Shown in pieces: positions 1 through 6,389 of a DNA stretch of 19,211 nt. This DNA is from Microcoleaceae cyanobacterium (GTDB lineage: Bacteria > Cyanobacteriota > Cyanobacteriia > Cyanobacteriales > Microcoleaceae). Under the pieces are notes generated by a model. It ran no database searches. It was not told the origin of the DNA and worked only from the letters and a program-made list of their open reading frames with translations. The position numbers and the translations under genes are program-made. The stretch lies in the NCBI GenBank assembly GCA_051652765.1, contig JBOFUV010000114.1, positions 1-19,211 on the forward strand, given 5' to 3'. Each line of letters starts with the position of its first letter. Within the stretch, counting starts at the first letter, position 1.

Positions 1-392
1 GCAAATTTGGCGAATACTTCTGCCTCTGTCATATCTAAGGTTTGATTGGCAAATTTATAGTAACTAGGTTTCATGTCTATAAAGATTTGCTCCTTGAGTT
101 CAAACTCAATTTCATTTTGAAAAAGACCTGCTGGGACAAAATATTCATTGGTCGCTAACAACCTGTAGAAAATATGCGTACCGCATTCACCACAAAAAGC
201 TCTTTCAGCCCATTCTGAGGACTGATACACTTTGAGTTGATCAATGCCGTCTATCTGCACATCTGACTCGCAGGATACAACTAGTGCTGGTCCACCTCCC
301 CATCGCCGACACATTCCGCAATGACAAGCATCTATACTGGTTTTGTCTGGCGTTCTGACGGTTATTGCACTACAAAGACACTTACCATCCAT
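1..392 (-). CDS. GFA family (glutathione-dependent formaldehyde-activating / CENP-V) protein; 3' end runs off the window
   Basis: Not in the ORF track. Manual translation from ATG at 392: MDGKCLCSAITVRTPDKTSIDACHCGMCRRWGGGP...SSEWAERAFCGECGTHIFY..., giving the CxC, CHCxxC and FCxxCG Zn motifs of GFA. GAGGAG RBS 6 nt upstream. Confidence 0.9.
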   Translation of the reverse strand, partial: MDGKCLCSAITVRTPDKTSIDACHCGMCRRWGGGPALVVSCESDVQIDGIDQLKVYQSSEWAERAFCGECGTHIFYRLLATNEYFVPAGLFQNEIEFELKEQIFIDMKPSYYKFANQTLDMTEAEVFAKF

Positions 393-435
393 TCTAATCT
401 CCTCTATATTCCAGTGATTACTGCCTGATTTTGGC

Positions 436-522
436 ACATAACGGCTCAAATCAGCGGCGGCAAGCAACCGCGAACTCAACACCAGTGGCTTTTGACCGTC
501 CGCTGCATTTGAATTGTCATGC
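436..522 (-). repeat. attC-like recombination site 1 (87 bp)
   Basis: Minus strand: GCATGAC-aattc-AAAT(G)CAGCGG(A)CGG...CCGCCGCTGATTT-gagcc-GTTATGT. R''/R' cores, paired inner arms with two extrahelical bases. R'' carries an AAC>GAC change. Confidence 0.85.
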
Positions 523-530
523 GGCGATCG

Positions 531-1157
531 CTAACAACCAGCCTTCAAGACTTGTTCAGCCGTCAGTTTCAACTCTGCGAAGGTTGGAGAGACGATAGTT
601 TGACCGCCTCGAAATTGCTGGATTTCATACTCCCCATCTATTAATATACAGACAGAAAGGGTAGGTTGTTTGGGTTTTCCAATGTGTCGAGTACCCCCCA
701 ATCCTGCATAGTCTGCAATCCAATATTCGGGGATGCCTAAAGCCGCGTAGTCCTCAACCTTACGGGCATAATCGTTTTGCCAGTTGCTACTCACAACTTC
801 CGCCACAAATTTAATCGAACTACCTAGAGTCAAGATCGACTGGTCAGACCAAAGCAGTTCTTTGGTAAGTTCATCTCGATTGACAACGGCAACATCAGGT
901 CGAAATGCTGTCATCGCCTTGTTAGAAGGGCGCAATAGTCCTCGCTGAAGGACAAACCAAGGCAAGCCAGCGCCGTCGATCTGCACACAGACCTTTGTGG
1001 TGATGAAGGCTGCAACTTCTTCATGCAAGCCTGTTGGTTCCAAGTCGAATACCTCTCCATCAATTATTTCATAGCGGTTATCGCCACCATAACGAGCGAT
1101 AAATTCGTCAAAGCTGAGTGGCTTCTGTTGTACTGGTTGGTCGATTGCAAGGGTCAT
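531..1157 (-). CDS. Uma2 family (PD-(D/E)XK-like) putative endonuclease
   Basis: RYEIIDGEV, FRPDVAV, VAEVVS, DYARKVEDYAALGIPEYWIAD and SPTFAELKLTAEQVL are typical Uma2 motifs. Confidence 0.9.
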   Translation of the reverse strand: MTLAIDQPVQQKPLSFDEFIARYGGDNRYEIIDGEVFDLEPTGLHEEVAAFITTKVCVQIDGAGLPWFVLQRGLLRPSNKAMTAFRPDVAVVNRDELTKELLWSDQSILTLGSSIKFVAEVVSSNWQNDYARKVEDYAALGIPEYWIADYAGLGGTRHIGKPKQPTLSVCILIDGEYEIQQFRGGQTIVSPTFAELKLTAEQVLKAGC

Positions 1158-1221
1158 AGATCAACTTAGCCCAATCAATGCCTTTAGTTTACCAGATCGA
1201 ATATGTGACGGCTGAAGCGCC

Positions 1222-1584
1222 TTATTTATGAATCATTTTATTGCCTTCGGATTCTTCGCTGAAGTCCCAGAATGGTCTGATTTCGATATACCCTTTGGCT
1301 CTGGCACAGGGGGTATTAGCGATCAGTTGAACTACCTCATCAACATCCTTTGCTTCAATGATGGAAAAGCCAGCGAGGGGAGGTTTTGGCCTAGCAAATG
1401 ACTCATTCTCAGTAGTCAGATTACCGCTCCAATTCGTAACGGTTACCACCGTTGTTTGCACGGCGGCAAGGAAATCTCCTCGACTCTTCAGCATTTCATC
1501 TTGCTCAAGAACCTCAGACTGTTCTTGCTTGGTCATAGCTTTCCAATCGTCTTCACCCCCATACGCTAAACACAAAAACTTCAT
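1222..1584 (-). CDS. YciI/DGPF family protein
   Basis: MKFLCLAY start, LAGFSIIEAKDVDEV and PCARAKGYIEIRP motifs; AAAGGAG RBS. Confidence 0.8.
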   Translation of the reverse strand: MKFLCLAYGGEDDWKAMTKQEQSEVLEQDEMLKSRGDFLAAVQTTVVTVTNWSGNLTTENESFARPKPPLAGFSIIEAKDVDEVVQLIANTPCARAKGYIEIRPFWDFSEESEGNKMIHK

Positions 1585-1642
1585 TTTGTTGCTCCTTTAG
1601 GATGCATTGTATCAGTGCGAAGTTTGGCACTTACCCTTTGCC

Positions 1643-1730
1643 GCATAACGTTCCTGCTGAGCGGCTGCAGACAAACTTTGCAACTCAACCGACCCTATTG
1701 GAGCATTCCGGTGCAGTGCGGTTGTTAGAC
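1643..1730 (-). repeat. attC-like recombination site 2 (88 bp)
   Basis: Minus strand: GTCTAAC-aaccgcactgcaccgg...gcagccgctcagcaggaac-GTTATGC. Length and core spacing match sites 1 and 3; the arms are more divergent. Confidence 0.8.
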
Positions 1731-1792
1731 ATTGCTAAACTCCTACTAATATTAACCGACTACATCGACAGGTTCACCGCTTCTACCTTGAT

Positions 1793-2167
1793 TTAGCGAT
1801 TTAAGACATCATTTCGATGAGTGATAGAACCTACAATCTGCACTACTTCGTCAATTAAAGCTTGGGGAACTTCCATTTCAACTAAGGTGGCAACTAAATC
1901 CTCAGCGATCGCATCAAAATGGCTATCGGTTAAACCCATCTCAGTCACTAATTCTTGATGCGCTTCTCTCATGGTACGACCATTCCAGTGCTGGACACCA
2001 CCGAAAGCGTAAGTCATAAAGGCTTTTTGATGTTGCTTCTGTTGCTGCATATCTGTATGAGCGAAGAAGTGTTGAACCCGCTCATCTGCCAAGACCTTTT
2101 CATAAAACTTTTCTACAGCTAGATCAACGGCTGCTGCACCACCAAGTTTGTCATACAGTGCGCTCAT
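1793..2167 (-). CDS. glbN: Group I truncated hemoglobin (cyanoglobin, GlbN type)
   Basis: LYDKLGG..AVDLAVEKFY, HQKAFMTYAFGG, MREAH and HFDAIAEDL motifs. 124 aa with His46, His70 and His117 at the Synechocystis GlbN positions. Confidence 0.92.
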   Translation of the reverse strand: MSALYDKLGGAAAVDLAVEKFYEKVLADERVQHFFAHTDMQQQKQHQKAFMTYAFGGVQHWNGRTMREAHQELVTEMGLTDSHFDAIAEDLVATLVEMEVPQALIDEVVQIVGSITHRNDVLNR

Positions 2168-2315
2168 TGAAAATCACTCCACAATTACATTGACTTTAAA
2201 TTTGACACGAGGCAGATGGGAGAATCTAAAGTGTCCAATTATCTAAAAGATTGGATCATGGACAAATGAGCAATTCATCTACTTTGATGGCTCACTTCGT
2301 TGGAGCGAGGGCGAT

Positions 2316-2402
2316 GTCTAACGGCTCAAATCAGCGGCGGCAGACAACCTCGAACTCAGCACCAGCAGCTTTCGACCGTCCGCTGCATTTGAATTGTTAT
2401 GC
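2316..2402 (-). repeat. attC-like recombination site 3 (87 bp)
   Basis: Minus strand: GCATAAC-aattc-aaatgcagcggacgg...ccgccgctgattt-gagcc-GTTAGAC. The inner 73 nt differ from site 1 at 7 positions by manual count. Confidence 0.9.
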
Positions 2403-2422
2403 CGCAACTTCTAGAGTCTTTA

Positions 2423-2767
2423 TTACTCTTCGTCTCCTTCAGTATCAGCTTCTTCAAATCCCAGCCAGAAGAGCAACACGTCCTCAACTTCTACCATTTG
2501 TTCAGGGGTTAGACTGCCCAACTTGCGTAAAAGCTTTGCATGAGGAATTGTGACAATGTTTTGCACATCAAAAGTTCCCTCTCGAAGAAACTTAACTTTG
2601 ACGCGCACTTCAAATCTTGAGCCGCGTGGGCTTGTTGTATGTGGAATTAGACTCACTAAAGCGCGGTCTTGATTAAGAACAGGAATACTAACTACTAAAC
2701 AAGGTCTGACTTTTGCTACATAACCCAGATCAACTAACCAAACTTCACCACGGTCAGGATTACTCAT
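2423..2767 (-). CDS. Type II toxin, PemK/MazF family endoribonuclease
   Basis: RGEVWLVDLG..KVRPCLVVS, LIPHTT, VQNIVTI and LRKLGSL motifs. Start placed at ATG 2767 (MSNPDRG), overlapping the end of the upstream gene. Confidence 0.88.
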   Translation of the reverse strand: MSNPDRGEVWLVDLGYVAKVRPCLVVSIPVLNQDRALVSLIPHTTSPRGSRFEVRVKVKFLREGTFDVQNIVTIPHAKLLRKLGSLTPEQMVEVEDVLLFWLGFEEADTEGDEE

Positions 2768-2951
2768 ACAGGGCTTCTTGCTCATCTAATTCTAGAAAAA
2801 GCCCCTCAGCATTCAGAGCTAAATCTTCATCAGACAAGGGTGGAAAATCTAAGTAAATTGTCCGTTTCAGAATCTCTAATACCAAATCTAGCCGCTCTGA
2901 GTCTGTCAAGCGGTCAAAGGTATTCAAAAGTTCTTGCACTAAAGCAGTCAT
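2760..2951 (-). CDS. Putative antitoxin (small acidic protein) paired with the MazF-like toxin
   Basis: 63 aa (MTALVQELL...LELDEQEALYE) with a very acidic C-terminus, overlapping the toxin start by 8 nt. The ORF-track TTG start at 2996 falls inside the attC-like site, so ATG 2951 is preferred. Confidence 0.72.
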   Translation of the reverse strand: MTALVQELLNTFDRLTDSERLDLVLEILKRTIYLDFPPLSDEDLALNAEGLFLELDEQEALYE

Positions 2952-2987
2952 AGCTGGTTCCCTATATCTGTTGATAGGATAACACAG

Positions 2988-3053
2988 GCTTAACAAGGAT
3001 CTCAGCCATCGCTAATAGCAGTGAGGTACGTTCGTATCAGTCAGGTGTTAAGC
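2988..3053 (-). repeat. Short divergent attC-like site (66 bp)
   Basis: Perfectly complementary cores GCTTAAC...GTTAAGC. R' GTTAAGCC matches the toxin-antitoxin cassette's R'' (GTTATGCC at 2396-2403) at 7/8. The inner arms pair poorly. Confidence 0.55.
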
Positions 3054-3270
3054 ACAAGAAGAGTATGAACACGGCACTCTGCATCAAGGCTACGGACTTC
3101 CCTTTAAAACTCGGTACTACCTCAGCAACTCGCGCCTGTAACGTTTCGCTTAGCACTGAAAAGGTCAATTGCTAGCACCTGAAATGTTGTGCGCCTACCC
3201 ACTATGCAGAACACGCCCTGTTTGAAGTCAATAAACCCCAAGTTATCTGCGGTGGTAGTCTGTGGGCTAC

Positions 3271-3341
3271 CAGTGGCTGCAAGAACCATTGATATCTCCA
3301 CCAGTTGCTCTAGGCAGTCCGCTGCAACCGAATTGTTATGC
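3271..3341 (-). repeat. attC-like site 4, truncated (R' end missing)
   Basis: Minus strand: GCATAAC-aattc-ggttgcagcggactgc...gcagccactg, then unrelated sequence. The GNAT stop TAA lies inside GCATAAC. Confidence 0.75.
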
Positions 3342-3815
3342 ATCCGGTTTATGCAGTGATTTTAGGTAAACGATCTTATCAACCCCAGCAGCATAGAAAT
3401 CTCTAATTCTCGCTTCCTCTGTGTAACCGCTCTTGAGGTAAAACGTTCGGACGTATTCAAAGTCTTCAGTACCAGAAGTTTCGACCAGCAGCACACGTTC
3501 GCCGCGATTTGCCAGCATTTGCTCAACGTATTCGAGTAGCATCTTACCGCGTCCTTGCCGCTGGTAGTCAGGGTGAACAGCAATTAAATACAGATTCCAA
3601 GTCCCTTCAGTCATGCGTTCCGGTGCAACATATGCAACACTTACCAGACCGTTATCATCGTCAGTGAGCCAGAAGTCACGACTATTACCGTTGCTATCAA
3701 AATGCTGAGTGAGCAGTTGCAAGAGTTCCTTTATCTCGTTCGGCTCGAATGGCACAGATGCCTCGGCTACAGCGATCAGTGCCGAAATATCATCAGGTGT
3801 TGCAGGTCGAATCAT
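3336..3815 (-). CDS. GNAT family N-acetyltransferase
   Basis: MIRPATPDD start, IAVHPDYQRQGRGKMLL acetyl-CoA motif A, RTFYLKSGY. Start moved to ATG 3815 because the longer start lies in the operator region. Confidence 0.9.
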   Translation of the reverse strand: MIRPATPDDISALIAVAEASVPFEPNEIKELLQLLTQHFDSNGNSRDFWLTDDDNGLVSVAYVAPERMTEGTWNLYLIAVHPDYQRQGRGKMLLEYVEQMLANRGERVLLVETSGTEDFEYVRTFYLKSGYTEEARIRDFYAAGVDKIVYLKSLHKPDA

Positions 3816-3862
3816 AGCGAACTCCGTATGGGTGTAAATCCGTTCAGTCGTTGGCGGCAAAA

Positions 3863-3906
3863 TTACAACAGTTGTTATAACTTTAAGCGGCATAACAACT
3901 GTTATG
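3863..3906. promoter_or_regulatory. Two palindromic putative TetR operators in the divergent GNAT/TetR promoter region
   Basis: TTACAACA-GT-TGTTATAA (3863-3880) and perfect CATAACA-AC-TGTTATG (3891-3906); the two are inverted copies of one motif. Confidence 0.7.
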
Positions 3907-3955
3907 ATAAACCATCAAGATAATTGTTTCATCTTGCTGTAACCCAAGGAGAGTT

Positions 3956-4564
3956 ATGAGTTTTGACGATTCCTCTTCGAGGAGGCTACGCCAACGCCGG
4001 ATTGAAGTCGCTAAAGCCGCATGGCAGGTGATTGTTCGTGAAGGATTGGATCGCACTAGTATGCGGGCGATCGCTCAAGAGCTTGGTTCTTCGACTGGGG
4101 TTGTCACCCACTACTTTCGAGACAAAGAAGCACTCATTTTGTTTGCCTTGGAACAAGTTTTTGAAAATATTGTAGAGGATATGAAAGCCTGTGCCGATCA
4201 ATGGCAAGGAACTGAGAGACTAGAGAAAATGATTTTTTTGGCGCTCCCGATGGAATCGATTGATAGAGATGATTGGAAGGTTTGGGTGGCATTTTTGGGT
4301 TATTCGATCGGGCGTGAACACTTAGTTCAGGAACACCGAAAACGCTATGACTCTTTACGTCAGGTTATTTGTCAAGAGTTATCTGACTTACAAGCGGTTA
4401 AGCTGATTCGAGGCGATCTTGATTTAACCCTTGAAGCCAATGCGCTCATCGCGTTAGTGGATGGCATTGGCACTGGAGTTGTCATCTGTTCTGAGCAGTT
4501 CTCGGTGGATCAACAAAAATACCTCGTGCGGCGACACATCAATTCCTTACAATCGTCATTTTGA
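3956..4564 (+). CDS. TetR/AcrR family regulator (BetI-like C-terminal domain)
   Basis: HTH: GLDRTSMRAIAQELGSSTGVVTHYFRDKEAL; C-terminal LIALVDGI; AAGGAGAG RBS. Confidence 0.93.
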   Translation: MSFDDSSSRRLRQRRIEVAKAAWQVIVREGLDRTSMRAIAQELGSSTGVVTHYFRDKEALILFALEQVFENIVEDMKACADQWQGTERLEKMIFLALPMESIDRDDWKVWVAFLGYSIGREHLVQEHRKRYDSLRQVICQELSDLQAVKLIRGDLDLTLEANALIALVDGIGTGVVICSEQFSVDQQKYLVRRHINSLQSSF

Positions 4565-4613
4565 ATAGCGATGAGTCCGTTTTCAATCGCTGCCAACTCG
4601 ACCAATCGAGGCT

Positions 4614-4717
4614 GCATAACGTTGCCCATCACCCGCCGCAGATAACCTTGAACTCCCAACCAATCATCTCTCGGCGATCGGTGTTGGGGTAGCTGGCTGA
4701 CTCGTTATCCGTCATGC
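4614..4717 (-). repeat. attC-like site 5 (R' intact, R'' side degenerate)
   Basis: Minus-strand 3' end ...ctgcggcgggtgatgggcaac-GTTATGC; the opposite arm is imperfect. R'' candidates are GGATAAC (4710-4704) or GCATGAC (4717-4711), the latter overlapping the upstream gene's TGA. Confidence 0.65.
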
Positions 4718-5320
4718 CAAACCATAACTCTTCACGGATTCCAACGAAATATCTGGCAGGTTATGGAGCATGTCATCCCATGTATGCTGTGATTGCAATG
4801 CCTCTACAACAATTTGAAGTGGTTCAGAAAGAATTGCTGGAAAATCTGCCTCTTCGGGAAACTGGATCTTATACGCTAGCTGCTCTTGAGGTGGAGTGAA
4901 CTGAGCATTGACTCCTGTTTTGTTGCCTCTTGCATCAATTCGATACCATCCAACTTCGGGCAAATGAATTGCGTTGAACCCGTGCAAACTATACGGCGCG
5001 CCCTTGTCATCAATACTCAACCGCTGATAACAAAATCCTGCTGGAATCTGGTTTGCCCGTAGCAGTGCTGCTAGCAGATGACTCTTAGCAAAGCAATAAC
5101 CTGTCCTGTGTTGAAGCACATCTGATGCTCGGCAGGTCACAGGATTCATCTGATAGTCATAACTGTGACAAATTTCATCTCGCACCCATTCAAAACATGC
5201 TTTTGAGAACGCTATTGGTGTCTCACACCCTGACGCAATTTGCTCAGCACATTCCATAATATTAGAATGCTGCCAGTTGATGATTTCACTCGCCTTCAAA
5301 TACTCTTCCATATCAATCAA
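4712..5320 (-). CDS. Transglutaminase-like family protein
   Basis: Cys-His-Asp triad context: GYCFAKSHLLAALLRA, LHGFNA, GWYRIDARGN. Confidence 0.88.
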   Translation of the reverse strand: MIDMEEYLKASEIINWQHSNIMECAEQIASGCETPIAFSKACFEWVRDEICHSYDYQMNPVTCRASDVLQHRTGYCFAKSHLLAALLRANQIPAGFCYQRLSIDDKGAPYSLHGFNAIHLPEVGWYRIDARGNKTGVNAQFTPPQEQLAYKIQFPEEADFPAILSEPLQIVVEALQSQHTWDDMLHNLPDISLESVKSYGLA

Positions 5321-5374
5321 TACGAATGCTGAAGCTTCAATTTCAAGAAGATTGCCAGCAGTTTAAAGCCACTG

Positions 5375-5815
5375 CTATAACTGTAGTACGTAGTGGTAGA
5401 AATCTTTATCCTTAGCGTATCCGAGTGATTCATAAAGAGATTGAGCAGCCATATTAGAAGCTTGAGTTGCTAAAATAATTCGGACTGCTCCTGTTCGCCG
5501 TGCAAAATCCTCTGCTGCACTAATTAGTGACTTTGCAACTCCCTTCTTTCGATATGATTCCTCCACGAATAAATCGTTCAGAATCCAGATAGGTTTCATC
5601 GACACTGAGGAAAAACTGGGGTAAAGCTGCGTAAAACCGACCATGTGGCTATTATCGCGGATCACAAATATTATCGAATCTCCTCTCTGAAAACGCTCTT
5701 GAAGAAATTTTCTGGCCGCTTCAAGATCTGAAGGTGATTTGTAGAAAACGCGATATTGGTCAAACAATTTCGACACTTCCTCAAGGTGTTCAAAATGCGC
5801 TTGAAAAACTTCCAC
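5375..5815 (-). CDS. GNAT family N-acetyltransferase
   Basis: LFDQYRVFY, GFTQLYPSFSS, WILNDLFVEESYRKKGVA and AQSLYESLGY motifs. GTG start with GGAGG RBS. Confidence 0.9.
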   Translation of the reverse strand: MEVFQAHFEHLEEVSKLFDQYRVFYKSPSDLEAARKFLQERFQRGDSIIFVIRDNSHMVGFTQLYPSFSSVSMKPIWILNDLFVEESYRKKGVAKSLISAAEDFARRTGAVRIILATQASNMAAQSLYESLGYAKDKDFYHYVLQL

Positions 5816-5837
5816 CTGTTATCCTCCAATTAAAGGG

Positions 5838-6371
5838 CTAGGGAACCTGAATGGGTTGGACAAACTGACGATTGGCTCGCACAAAACATTGACTTGGCCC
5901 ATCGTTGCCAAGGGTTCGCTTTACAAACATCCAAGGGTTTTGCTGAGTATCATAAACAATCCCAAATCCAGCGGGGCCAAGATTGATCTCAAAGCGCTGA
6001 CCGGGCTGGAGCGTGCCAACAATTGACCAGGTTTCAATTTCTAAAGGAATGGTGCTGCTTGCACCGACTAGTTCTTCATAGCTCCAATTGCTCATCCGAC
6101 ACTCGACCTCTCGGGCCGGAGTCACAACGGCTTGCCAGGTGACTTGGGGCGATCGCTGATAATCACCATTGTCTAGGGGTTTGGGTTCAGAAAGTTTGGG
6201 TTCAGAAGGTTGGGCCTCTACAGGTTGAGGCAGGACAACCGAGCCTTGGGTCAAGCTTTGAATAGACGGGGGGGAGTGCAAGCATCCCATTACCCCCAAT
6301 CCCATTACACCAATCCCTAGCACTCTTTTCAGACGTTTGCTAATTGGAATCATACTTTGCATATTACTCAT
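5838..6371 (-). CDS. Hypothetical protein, possible lipoprotein
   Basis: Basic N-terminus (KRLKR), hydrophobic stretch, lipobox-like GVMGC, then a Pro-rich linker with a duplicated SEPK(L/P). No family recognised. Confidence 0.6.
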   Translation of the reverse strand: MSNMQSMIPISKRLKRVLGIGVMGLGVMGCLHSPPSIQSLTQGSVVLPQPVEAQPSEPKLSEPKPLDNGDYQRSPQVTWQAVVTPAREVECRMSNWSYEELVGASSTIPLEIETWSIVGTLQPGQRFEINLGPAGFGIVYDTQQNPWMFVKRTLGNDGPSQCFVRANRQFVQPIQVP

Positions 6372-6389
6372 GCATATTGCTTATGCAGA

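Larger units (their letters stand above)
1..5320 (-). mobile_element. Integron-like gene cassette array with no integrase in the window (CALIN-like); probably continues left of the window
   Basis: Repeated attC-like palindromes at 436-522, 1643-1730, 2316-2402, 2988-3053, 3271-3341 and 4614-4717 between short, mostly co-oriented ORFs. Stop codons overlap R'' cores at 3336 and 4712. R' and R'' cores match within individual cassettes. Confidence 0.85.

Noticed and set aside
1158..1221. Possible attC remnant (ATGTGACGGCTGAA) between YciI and Uma2
   Set aside because: Only a weak resemblance to ACATAACGGCTCAA, with no partner arm or second core.
2190..2202. TTGACTTTAAATT shared with 13375-13387 as a common regulatory motif
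   Set aside because: AT-rich 13-mer in opposite orientation relative to the adjacent glbN and SDR genes; may be chance.
2251..2553. ORF-track 100-aa plus-strand ORF (also 1602-1796 + and 3122-3343 -)
   Set aside because: They read through attC palindromes or lie antisense to real genes, with no recognisable motifs.
3890..3907. GCATAAC...GTTATGA as another attC or attI
   Set aside because: The cores are only 4 nt apart; it is better explained as a TetR operator palindrome.
436..4717. The repeats as a CRISPR array or REP/terminator family
   Set aside because: Units are 66-104 bp, separated by whole genes, and have attC cores. There are no regular short spacers and no cas genes.
6180..6215. 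Short tandem repeat TTTGGGTTCAGA x2
   Set aside because: It simply encodes the SEPK(L/P) linker duplication in a low-complexity region.
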